Assembly (NCBI RefSeq): GCF_900115045.1
Contig: NZ_FOVC01000015.1
Span: 22,163 to 46,162, forward strand
DNA: 24,000 nt
DNA from: Izhakiella capsodis
GTDB lineage: Bacteria; Pseudomonadota; Gammaproteobacteria; Enterobacterales; Enterobacteriaceae
Direction of reading: 5' to 3'
The notes under the pieces were generated by a model. That model was not told the origin of the DNA, did no database searches, and saw nothing but the letters and a program-made list of their open reading frames with translations. The translations under genes and the position numbers were made by a program. Positions 16,002-24,000 of the stretch are shown here, one piece after another (position 1 is the stretch's first letter; each line of letters starts with the position of its first letter).

Positions 16002-19000
16002 TGCTTTCAGTTGAACCTATTCATGGCGACGCCAAGTATTACGGCGGTGAAGCCAACTTTGAGACGCTGGAAAATGCCGATGGTCACTGGCTGGGGAAAG
16101 GGGCCGCCATGCTGGGGCTGGAGGGTAAAGTTGTTCCGGAAGTCTTTGATGAAATGCTCAGGGGGCATCTGCCGGATGGCACGGTGATTTCCCGCCAGAT
16201 AGCGGGTAATGAAACAAACCGACCGGGCATGGATCTGACCTTTGGTGCGCCAAAAAGTCTTTCCATCCTTGCCCTGCTGGGCGGGGATACCCGGCTGATT
16301 GATGCGCATAATGAGGCGGTCAGGCTGGCGATGCTGGAAGTGGAGAAAAGCGTCAATACCCGCCTTACCCGTGACGGTGTCACCACTACGGTAACGACCG
16401 GCAACATGGTTGCCGCACTCTATACGCATGATACGAACCGTGAAGGTGAGATGCACCTCCACTCGCACGGTCTGCTGTTCAATGTCACCCGCGCTGATGA
16501 TGATAAGTGGCACGCGCTGGGGAGTGATACCCGACAGCGCAGCGGTATTCGTGAACAGGTTTACGATATGAAACTCGCTTACGGGCAATTTTACCGCGAG
16601 TATTTGCGTCCGATGGTGGAAGACTGTGGTTACACGCCGGTCAGAAGCGGGCCGCATGGCATGTATGAATTTGCTGAAGTTCCACCGGATGTGATCCGTG
16701 CATTTTCTCAGCGAACCGCGCAGATTGATGATGCCGTGGGGCGGGATGCCAGCCCGCTTTCCCGCTCAGTTGCGGCGCTGGATACCCGTAAAAACAAGGA
16801 GTTCGTCGAGGGGGAAGCGAGGCGTGAGCAGTGGGATAAGGTGCTGTCGGACTACGACTTTAATCCGGATAAGACGATCCAGGCTGCCCGTGAGCGCAGC
16901 CGGTCGCAGGCAGCAGAACGCAGTCCGGCCAGCGTGACACTCACGGCTGAACCTGCACTGAAAGAGGCCATCACGCAGGCGCTGTCGTCTCTCAGTGATA
17001 AAAAAGCGCAGTTTGCATACAGTGAAGTGCTGACCGCCGTTGTGTCACTGCTGCCAGCGGGAAAGGATATGGTGCAGCGGGCAAGAGCAGGCATCGATAC
17101 CGCTATTGAACAGGGCCGTCTTATTGCCCTCGATAAGGATAAGGGCATTTTCACGTCTGATATCCATGTGCTCGATGAACTGACGGTTCGCCAGTTTGCG
17201 CGGGAGCATATGGATTCCGGCCGCGCCATTGTCACCGGCGAAGCCCTGCTGAACGGGACGCTTGCCGCCGCTACCGGGGTGTATGCTGAACTGGCTGAAA
17301 CCCGCGATCCACTTGCGATTGTCTATGGCCGTGGTGGCGCTGCGGTACAGCGCGAACGAACAGAACGGCTTGCCGCACTGGCTGGATCTCAGGGGCGTCA
17401 GGTTATGGTGCTGGCCGCAGATCGCAAAAATGAAGCTTTTCTGGGTGACAGTGAGACGTTGTCCGGGCTGATTGCCGGACGTGTCGCACTCAAAGCCGAT
17501 CTTCCGCTGAATGCTCATACCACAGTGATTGTCGCGGAGGCCGAAACGCTGGGGCTGAAGGACAGCGTATTCCTGATGGAAAAAGCGCGGGAAAGCGGTG
17601 CGCAGATCCTGCTGATGGACAGCGGTAAACGACAGGGGACAGGCAGCGTCCTTTCGGTTCTACAGGAGGAAGGTGCAGCCCACTATCGTTTCAATGACGC
17701 GCCGGTGCCGGTGGCACAGCTTACGTCTGAAGCGGATAAAAAAGTCCGCTACAGCCATCTTGCCGCAGAGTATGCCCGTGATGTTATCGGCGGGAACAGT
17801 GTCATTGCACAGGTTGCCGGTGAGCGTGAGCAACAGGTACTGACGGGGTATATTCGTGATGCGCTACGTGAGCAGGGGCGTATCGCTGGCGATGATATCC
17901 GGATTGAAACATTGTCTCCGGTCTGGCTCGACAGTAAGAACCGCAAAAGCCGCGACACATACCGTGAAGGTATGGTGATGGAGCGCTGGAATGCTGACGA
18001 AAAGAACATGGAGCGCTGGCGTATTGATCGTGTTGGCGCTGAAACCAGTGTGCTTCGCCTGGTAAATGAGGCTGGTGAACAGCAGCATCAGAAAATCAGC
18101 CAGATTGACGCCTCATGGAGCCTTTTCAAATCCCGGACGCTGGAGGTGTCCCCCGGCGATCAGCTGCGGGTTATGGGGAGGGAAGCGAAAGGTAAGCTGA
18201 AGGCGCAGGATGTGGTCAGCGTAGCCAGCGCCGGGGATGGCGTTGTTGCGCTGGAGAAAAACGGAAAGGTCATCCGGGCAGATATCACTCAGCCCCTGAA
18301 GGTTGAACATAACTATGTTGAATCCCTGGGGAAATCAATAGCGCCTGAAGGAAAGGTGCTGGCCGCACTCAGCGGGCGTGAGATGCGCGATGATGTGTTT
18401 AATACCCTGACGCGCAGCGGCAGTGATATCCGGATATTTACCGCAATGGATGCCGGACGGGGCGAGGCAAAACTTGCCCGCAGTCCTGCTGTGCGGGTGA
18501 TAAGTGCTCAGGTGGAAGCGGCCACCGGCACAAAAGGGGTTGATGCCGCCCTTGATGCCGCAAGAGAACTGCCACGAACCCAGGCGGCTCAGGCCGTGTA
18601 TCTGGCCCTCAGTCAGGTACAGCATGAGAAAACTGCGTTCCTGGCCCCGGAACTGCTCAGTGCCGCGCTCAGTATTAATTCAGCGGTTGGCATTCCGGCT
18701 ATCCAGTCTGAAATTAACCGGCAGGTAAAGGACGGTGAGCTTATCCGGCTCGAAGCCGGGCTGATGCTGCCAAAATCCACGTTTGAAACGGAAAAGGCCA
18801 TTCTGCGCCATATCGCGGAAGGGAAAGGCAGCGTCACGCCGCTGATGGCGTCGGTGCCTGAACAGTATCTTACGGGACTGACGGCAGGGCAGCAGGCCGC
18901 CACGCGCATGGTTCTGGAAAGCGCCGACCGCTTTACAGCGGTGCAGGGCTATGCCGGTGTGGGTAAAACAACACAGTTTAAAGCCATGCTGGCCGCTATG

Positions 19001-21208
19001 GAGACGTTGCCGGAAGACCTGCGACCGGAGGTGGTGGGGCTGGCACCCACGCACCGTGCCGTTGAAGAAATGAAAAGCGTGGGCGTCCGGGCGCAGACGC
19101 TGGAATCCTTTATCTGGGATGACAGACAGGCCCGGATGAACGGTGAGAAGCCGGACTACGGTAATACGCTGTTCCTGATTGATGAGGCGTCAATGATTGG
19201 CAACCGGGCGATGAGTGATGCTTACCAGGCCATTGCCACCGGCAGCGGGCGGGCCATTACCAGCGGCGATGATGCGCAGTTGCGGGCCATCGAGCCGGGA
19301 CAGCCGTTCCGGCTGATGCAGCAGCGCAGCGCTATAGATACCGCCATTATGAAGGAGATTGTGCGCCAGACGCCGGAACTTCGGGAGGTGGTGTATGCCA
19401 TGATTGAAGATCAACATGCGCTCGCACTGGAGAAGGCTGAAGGCGTATCGCCGGATGTGGTGCCGAGGGAAGCCGGGGCATTTATTCCGGCATCATCCGT
19501 TGAGCAGGTCAGCCCGGATAAAGAACAGGCCCAGGCGTTACGTGATGCCGGGATGCCCGCCAGCGTGACGGAAGCGATAGCGGCTGACTTTGCGGGACGT
19601 GCAGCCGAAGCCCGCGACAATACGCTGACGGTGGCGCATCTCAATACGGACAGGCAGGAAATAAACCGCCTGATACATGACAATCTGTACAGGGCAGGCA
19701 TAACGAAAAACGAACAGGAGATAACTGTCCTCGACCCGGTTCGCGTCCGTCACAATGAGCTTCGGAGCCTGACGGGATGGGCGGATCTGACGGGAAAAGT
19801 TGCCCTGATTAACCGGGAATACTGGACGGTCGGCAGCACTGAACGTGAAAGCGGGCTGGTGACGCTTACCGGGCATGACGGGCGGGAGAAAATCCTGTCA
19901 CCGTTCGAGAACAGCACCGAGGATGCACAGGTTTATCAGCCCAGGGTTATCAGCGTCAGTGAGGGCGACAGAATGCGGTTTACCCGGTCTGATGCCGAGC
20001 GCGGTTATACCGGAAACAGCTTCTGGAACGTGGAACAGATCGACGGACAAAGCATGACCCTTCGCAGCCAGGATGGTCAGCTTACCCGTCGTCTTGACCT
20101 CAATGATCCGGCAGATATGCATACCGATCTGGGATATGCCGTCACAGCTTATGGCGCACAGGGGGCCAGTTCCCGGTTTGTCATTACGCTTGAAGGGACT
20201 GAAGGAGGGCGAAAACGCATGGCAACAAAGGAAAGTGGTTACGTTACTTTGTCCCGTACAAAAGAGCATGTACAGGTTTACACCGATGACAGAGCAGGAT
20301 GGCTGGCTGAACTCAGTAAAAACAAGGGGGATCGTACCGCCCATGATTATCTGATGGCGGGTGAAGATCGGGCGGGCAGAACAGCCAAGGGCATTTTATC
20401 CTGGGCTTCTCCCCTTGCCGATGTTGCCGCAGGCCGGGCGTTGCTGAAAAATTACGGGCTGGCTGAAGGTGAATCTCAGGGCCTGTTTGTGCCGGGCGTC
20501 AGGCGGCATCCGGAGCCGGGGCTGGCATTCGCGTTGTGGGACAGTAACGGCAACCGCTCAGGCGTGGTGATCCTGACGATAAACTCAGATGAGCGTAACG
20601 GCGTGTCCTTACCCGGTGATTTTCGGGTCATTGGTAGCAGTGATGCGAGGTTTGCGGGGATACAGCAGAGCCGGAACGGGGAAAACCGCATCGCGGAGAG
20701 CTTGCCGGAAGGGTTGCAGCTTGCGCAAGAGTATCCCGACAGCGGCGTGATCGTCAGGATGGAGGGCGACGGTTTACCGCTCAATATCAGCCGTATCACC
20801 GGCGCTGATCAGGTAGTCGATGACAATCTGACCGCGCAGTTGGCCCGCAATGTGACAGGGAAACCGGAAGACCCCCTTCCCTTCATTCCTGAGCCGAAGG
20901 AGAACGCTGAACAGGAGGCAGAACGACTTGCCCGTGAAGCCCTGGAAAAACAGGGTAAAGGTGAGAAGGATATTCGTCCGGAAGATGTACTCGCCGCCAT
21001 CAGCGAGCCGGAGGATGATATTCATACCGGGCTGCTGGCCGGTAAGCTGAAAGAGGATGAATATCCGCTTACCGGGCGGGATATTGCGGCAGCACTGGGC
21101 GATAAATCGCCGGAGAAAGAGCCGGAAGCAGAGAGTCAGCCCGATCAGTCACTTCATCTGAAGCAGATCGAGCGGGACATCGTGAAAGAAAAATCTTTCG
21201 AGGACTGA
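15998..21208 (+). CDS. traI: TraI, MOBF relaxase-helicase
   Basis: The 1736-aa protein has the N-terminal YY catalytic tyrosines (DAKYYGG), the HDTNREGEMHLHSHG His triad, and the helicase Walker A GYAGVGKTT. Its start (GTG 15998 or ATG 16001) overlaps the traD stop. Confidence 0.95.
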   Translation: MMLSVEPIHGDAKYYGGEANFETLENADGHWLGKGAAMLGLEGKVVPEVFDEMLRGHLPDGTVISRQIAGNETNRPGMDLTFGAPKSLSILALLGGDTRLIDAHNEAVRLAMLEVEKSVNTRLTRDGVTTTVTTGNMVAALYTHDTNREGEMHLHSHGLLFNVTRADDDKWHALGSDTRQRSGIREQVYDMKLAYGQFYREYLRPMVEDCGYTPVRSGPHGMYEFAEVPPDVIRAFSQRTAQIDDAVGRDASPLSRSVAALDTRKNKEFVEGEARREQWDKVLSDYDFNPDKTIQAARERSRSQAAERSPASVTLTAEPALKEAITQALSSLSDKKAQFAYSEVLTAVVSLLPAGKDMVQRARAGIDTAIEQGRLIALDKDKGIFTSDIHVLDELTVRQFAREHMDSGRAIVTGEALLNGTLAAATGVYAELAETRDPLAIVYGRGGAAVQRERTERLAALAGSQGRQVMVLAADRKNEAFLGDSETLSGLIAGRVALKADLPLNAHTTVIVAEAETLGLKDSVFLMEKARESGAQILLMDSGKRQGTGSVLSVLQEEGAAHYRFNDAPVPVAQLTSEADKKVRYSHLAAEYARDVIGGNSVIAQVAGEREQQVLTGYIRDALREQGRIAGDDIRIETLSPVWLDSKNRKSRDTYREGMVMERWNADEKNMERWRIDRVGAETSVLRLVNEAGEQQHQKISQIDASWSLFKSRTLEVSPGDQLRVMGREAKGKLKAQDVVSVASAGDGVVALEKNGKVIRADITQPLKVEHNYVESLGKSIAPEGKVLAALSGREMRDDVFNTLTRSGSDIRIFTAMDAGRGEAKLARSPAVRVISAQVEAATGTKGVDAALDAARELPRTQAAQAVYLALSQVQHEKTAFLAPELLSAALSINSAVGIPAIQSEINRQVKDGELIRLEAGLMLPKSTFETEKAILRHIAEGKGSVTPLMASVPEQYLTGLTAGQQAATRMVLESADRFTAVQGYAGVGKTTQFKAMLAAMETLPEDLRPEVVGLAPTHRAVEEMKSVGVRAQTLESFIWDDRQARMNGEKPDYGNTLFLIDEASMIGNRAMSDAYQAIATGSGRAITSGDDAQLRAIEPGQPFRLMQQRSAIDTAIMKEIVRQTPELREVVYAMIEDQHALALEKAEGVSPDVVPREAGAFIPASSVEQVSPDKEQAQALRDAGMPASVTEAIAADFAGRAAEARDNTLTVAHLNTDRQEINRLIHDNLYRAGITKNEQEITVLDPVRVRHNELRSLTGWADLTGKVALINREYWTVGSTERESGLVTLTGHDGREKILSPFENSTEDAQVYQPRVISVSEGDRMRFTRSDAERGYTGNSFWNVEQIDGQSMTLRSQDGQLTRRLDLNDPADMHTDLGYAVTAYGAQGASSRFVITLEGTEGGRKRMATKESGYVTLSRTKEHVQVYTDDRAGWLAELSKNKGDRTAHDYLMAGEDRAGRTAKGILSWASPLADVAAGRALLKNYGLAEGESQGLFVPGVRRHPEPGLAFALWDSNGNRSGVVILTINSDERNGVSLPGDFRVIGSSDARFAGIQQSRNGENRIAESLPEGLQLAQEYPDSGVIVRMEGDGLPLNISRITGADQVVDDNLTAQLARNVTGKPEDPLPFIPEPKENAEQEAERLAREALEKQGKGEKDIRPEDVLAAISEPEDDIHTGLLAGKLKEDEYPLTGRDIAAALGDKSPEKEPEAESQPDQSLHLKQIERDIVKEKSFED

Positions 21209-21217
21209 CGCCGGTTG

Positions 21218-21874
21218 CTATGCCTTTTCCGGCAGCAGCCGGATAACGGAAAAGCCTTCCTCATCAGGTCGCTGCTCTGCGCGAAGATGGCATTGCTCAA
21301 GTAACGGAAATACGCCTGAAATATCACCGGTGAAGCGGATCTCCAGCGGTTTAATCAATTCGCCACTGTCACTGAATGCGGGATGGAGTTCTGCTTTCGG
21401 GGTATAGACGGCATTGGCCGTTACTGACTCCCTATGATAACTGTGCCATTCCTGGGGTGACAGCAGAAAGTCCCGCCAGTCCATTGTTTTCAGCGTTTCG
21501 ATAAAAAAAGTAAAGCGGTATAACACGCTTTGCTTAAGCAGTTCGCCCGTACTGGAGCGCCAGATGTACTCCACCTTGCGGTGCAGCCTTGCACCAAAAC
21601 CGTAGCGTTTCCCCTGGTCAAGAAGCCAGAGGATATCCTGTGCGACGGTGCGAGGGAACAGCTTGCGTTTTTGTGCTGTAGCAAGCCACTGCATGATGAA
21701 CATGTGTATCTGTAAATCTGTGCGAATTTTGCCCTGTTTCTGTGACAGTTTTATCGCTACCAGTAGGCACCACGCCAGATGCATCAGTTCTTCGGTCGGG
21801 CGTTTCTGATAAAAGACGGTCAACCGTACCACTCCATTTTTTTCGACGCACGGGAGAATAGCACATTGTCTCAC
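21218..21874 (-). CDS. Hypothetical protein, DUF2913-like (recollection only); start uncertain
   Basis: The 218-aa ORF is convergent with traI. The motif HLAWCLLVA...WLATAQKRKLFPR...WLLDQGK resembles DUF2913 proteins found near F-like replicons. Confidence 0.5.
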   Translation of the reverse strand: MRQCAILPCVEKNGVVRLTVFYQKRPTEELMHLAWCLLVAIKLSQKQGKIRTDLQIHMFIMQWLATAQKRKLFPRTVAQDILWLLDQGKRYGFGARLHRKVEYIWRSSTGELLKQSVLYRFTFFIETLKTMDWRDFLLSPQEWHSYHRESVTANAVYTPKAELHPAFSDSGELIKPLEIRFTGDISGVFPLLEQCHLRAEQRPDEEGFSVIRLLPEKA

Positions 21875-21986
21875 CGGTAGTGAGCAGGGCTACCGCCTTC
21901 GCTGCGCTCAGTTGGTCAACTCCGGAAACGGGTAAAAGCAAGTTTTACCCGCCCCTGGCGTTTCTGTTAAAAATCCAAAAGGAATC

Positions 21987-22553
21987 ATGATGATGCTATT
22001 TTCATGCGGAAGACTGGTCAGGGCCAGCTTTCTCTGTCTTCCCCTGCTCTATTCTCTGCCTTTCCCCGCCGACGCGGGGATATCAACGGCTCCGGATATT
22101 CAGGTAGGCTTTTCTCCTGAAGGGACAGGCCTACATCTGGTGCTCAATACCATCGATTCCGCACAGCAGAGTATCCGGATGATGGCCTACTCCTTCACCG
22201 ATCCGGACGTGATGAAAGCGCTTATTGCCGCGCATCAGCGGGGCGTGGATGTAAAAATCGTTATCGACGAGAAAGGCAATCGCAACAAGGCCAGCGTGGC
22301 GGCAATGAATCTGATTGTGAATGCCGGTATCCCGCTGAGGACAAACGGTCGCTTCCCTGTACAGCATGATAAAATTTTAATTGTTGATAATCATACGGTC
22401 GAGTCAGGGAGTTATAATTTCAGCCGAGCAGGAGCGAGTAAGAATTCGGAGAACGTGGTGGTGATGCGCTTCATGCCCGCCATCGCCAGCCAGTACCTGT
22501 CTCACTGGCAGTCCCGCAGGGAAATGGGGACAGACTGGCAATCGACCTACTGA
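21987..22553 (+). CDS. nuc: Phospholipase D-family endonuclease (Nuc-like), secreted
   Basis: It has a signal peptide and a single HxK(x)4D motif (VQHDKILIVD) followed by GSYNFS. The size is about 188 aa. An AAGGA SD precedes the ATG triplet run. Confidence 0.85.
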   Translation: MMMLFSCGRLVRASFLCLPLLYSLPFPADAGISTAPDIQVGFSPEGTGLHLVLNTIDSAQQSIRMMAYSFTDPDVMKALIAAHQRGVDVKIVIDEKGNRNKASVAAMNLIVNAGIPLRTNGRFPVQHDKILIVDNHTVESGSYNFSRAGASKNSENVVVMRFMPAIASQYLSHWQSRREMGTDWQSTY

Positions 22554-22699
22554 TAACGGCGTACAGGTGGCCTCTCAATGACAGGGGTGATCCGTGCGCC
22601 AACACAGATCGCCTTTTCGATAAAAGTTAAGTCGCTGATTTACCGATTCTGTAGTATTATCCACGGGACGATCCTTTTTTGATCCTTGGGGAGGCAGAG

Positions 22700-22945
22700 A
22701 TGTCGCAAGCCATAAATGCAGCAACTTCCTCATCGAAACGTGCTTACAGAAAAGGTAATCCATTATCTGTGTCTGAACGACAACAAGCACTGATGGAGCG
22801 CCGAAAAGAAACCCATAAAGAAATCAAAGTTTACGTTCCAACAGTTCTGAAAGAGCGTTTACAAAACCTGTGTGAAGCTGAAGGCGTTTCTCAGGCAGAA
22901 ATGATCAGCCGGCTGATTGCTGATACATGCGTCCCACAGAATTGA
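22700..22945 (+). CDS. copB: CopB (RepA2), transcriptional repressor of the repA promoter
   Basis: The 81-aa protein MSQAINAATSS...ERRKETHKEIKVYV...AEGVSQAEMISRLI is colinear with R1/R100 CopB (MSQTENAVTSS...THKEIKVFV...). A GGGGAGG SD lies upstream of ATG 22700. Confidence 0.85.
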   Translation: MSQAINAATSSSKRAYRKGNPLSVSERQQALMERRKETHKEIKVYVPTVLKERLQNLCEAEGVSQAEMISRLIADTCVPQN

Positions 22946-22967
22946 GAAACGTTATGGGTGAACATTC

Positions 22968-22996
22968 TTGAGTGCAGAATGAATCGGTGCTAAATT
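22968..22996 (+). promoter_or_regulatory. Candidate repA promoter (PrepA)
   Basis: ttgagt - 17 nt - taaatt lies between copB and the CopA target region. Confidence 0.35.
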
Positions 22997-23078
22997 GCTG
23001 TTCGATTAAGAATTTTTGGCGGGCCACGCCTTAAGGTGGCAGGGAACTGGTTCTGATGAGGTGTTTATCCGGAGCCAG

Positions 23079-23172
23079 AAAAAACGAAACCCCGATAATC
23101 TTTCCATTCTTGGCGGAAGCAGAAGATTAATCGGGGCCAACTAAAAGCTGCATAGAAGCTGTTGCTCTATGC
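23079..23172 (-). ncRNA. copA: CopA antisense RNA (IncFII copy-number control)
   Basis: On the minus strand, stem-loop I is ctgcataga-gcaacagct-tctatgcag (23148-23174). Stem-loop II is ccccgat.aatctt...aagatt.atcgggg (23090-23136), with the loop carrying CGCCAA (plus-strand ttggcg at 23110-23115). A tttcgtttttt terminator tail follows. Confidence 0.8.
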
Positions 23173-23176
23173 AGGG

Positions 23177-23205
23177 AGTATATGCGCATGCTCAGAAAAC
23201 TGCAA
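23177..23205 (-). promoter_or_regulatory. CopA promoter
   Basis: On the minus strand, ttgcag (23205-23200) - 17 nt - tatact (23182-23177) lies immediately upstream of stem-loop I. Confidence 0.55.
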
Positions 23206-23262
23206 TACCTTCTGTGCTACCTGCTCCTTCCGTGCAACATAAGCGCAGGAAGGTGTGGCTGA
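23188..23262 (+). CDS. tap: Tap, the repA leader peptide (translational coupling)
   Basis: The 24 codons [24 protein letters not shown] are close to IncFII Tap (MLRKLQAQFLCHSLLLCNISAG...). The stop TGA 23260-23262 overlaps the repA GTG start region. Confidence 0.75.
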   Translation: MLRKLQYLLCYLLLPCNISAGRCG

Positions 23263-24000
23263 TGTACAGGCTCTGTTCACTCTTTACCGTCAGGTCAAAA
23301 ATCCGAATCCGGAATTCGCGCCGCGTGAGGACAAAAAGACCCTGCCGTTCTGCCGTAAGCTGATGTCGAAAGCTGAAGGCTTCACGTCCCGTTTTGATTT
23401 CTCCATGCACGTTGCGTTTGCGCGTTCGCTGGGTGTACGTCACCGTATGCCACCACTGTTACGCCGCCGTGCCATCGATGCTCTGTTGCAAGGGCTGTGC
23501 TTCCACTATGATCCCCTGGCTAACCGCGTCCAGCGCTCCATCACCAATCTGGCCATCGAGTGCGGGCTGGCCACAGAATCGAAAAAAGGCAATCTGTCGA
23601 TCACCCGCGCCACACGGGCGCTGAAGTTTATGGCTGAGCTTGGGCTGATTACCTACCAGACAGAGTATGATCCGCAGATCGGCTGTAACATTCCAACCGA
23701 TATTACGTTCACCCCTGCCCTGTTCTCGGCGCTGGATGTTTCTGACGTGGCCGTTGTGGCCGCGAGGCGCAGTCGCGTGGAGTGGGAAAACCAGCAGCGT
23801 GAAAAACAGCGTCTTCCCCGGCTGGATATGGACGAACTGATAGCCAAAGCCTGGCGATTCGTGCGTGAGCGGTTCCGGAGCTACCAGTCCGAACGCAAAT
23901 CTCACGGGCTGAAGCGCGCCCGCGCCCGCCTTGACGCTGCCCGTAACCGCCGCGATATTGAAACTATCGTGAAGCGGCAACTGACGCGTGAAATTGCTGA
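23255..24000 (+). CDS. repA: RepA (RepA1) IncFII replication initiator, 3'-partial (runs off the window)
   Basis: From GTG 23255 the sequence reads [92 protein letters not shown]...ITYQTEYDP...RSRVEWEN...[15 protein letters not shown]. This is clearly R1/R100-type RepA. It is absent from the ORF track because no stop falls inside the window. Confidence 0.9.
   Translation, partial: MADVQALFTLYRQVKNPNPEFAPREDKKTLPFCRKLMSKAEGFTSRFDFSMHVAFARSLGVRHRMPPLLRRRAIDALLQGLCFHYDPLANRVQRSITNLAIECGLATESKKGNLSITRATRALKFMAELGLITYQTEYDPQIGCNIPTDITFTPALFSALDVSDVAVVAARRSRVEWENQQREKQRLPRLDMDELIAKAWRFVRERFRSYQSERKSHGLKRARARLDAARNRRDIETIVKRQLTREIA

Noticed and set aside
16007-16657. Long antisense ORFs inside traI, traG, traD and traH. 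Examples are 16007-16657 (216 aa), 17045-17518, 9112-9603, 10422-10883 and 19898-20344.
   Set aside because: They lie entirely opposite well-supported, homology-backed genes in GC-rich DNA, where stop-free antisense frames are common. They have no RBS and no recognisable motifs.
23169-23980. ORFs 23169-23363 (plus), 23192-23443 (minus), 23394-23624 (plus) and 23459-23980 (minus).
   Set aside because: They overlap the tap/CopA control region or lie out of frame or antisense to the clearly homologous repA frame that starts at GTG 23255.

Overview
This is a segment of an F-like (MOBF relaxase, F-type T4SS) IncFII-type plasmid backbone from an enterobacterial host, heavily rearranged at its left end. 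From left to right it contains:
1. A decayed leading-region remnant: a non-coding repeat element and psiA with two in-frame stop codons.
2. An 87-bp IS3-family left-end fragment.
3. A very AT-rich island of about 3.6 kb (about 1396-5046). Its minus strand carries a holin-less P21-type lysis cassette (SAR endolysin plus Rz/Rz1 spanins). Behind that sit a 159-aa long-leader precursor-like protein with an extreme Val/Ala-rich C-terminus and a radical SAM enzyme. This island is my candidate for the undescribed system.
4. A degenerate IS3-family element (5375-6531).
5. A second copy of the repeat element.
6. A stbDE-type (RelE / Phd-YefM) toxin-antitoxin pair.
7. Only the distal transfer genes: trbB, traH, traG, a traS-position membrane protein, a lytic transglycosylase, traD and traI. 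Everything from oriT/traM to traF is absent from the window, and traT, traX and finO are also missing.
8. A DUF2913-like gene, a PLD-family nuclease (nuc), and the IncFII replication-control module copB, copA RNA, tap and repA (repA runs off the right end).
All family assignments come from reading the translations and from memory of family sequences. No database search was run.
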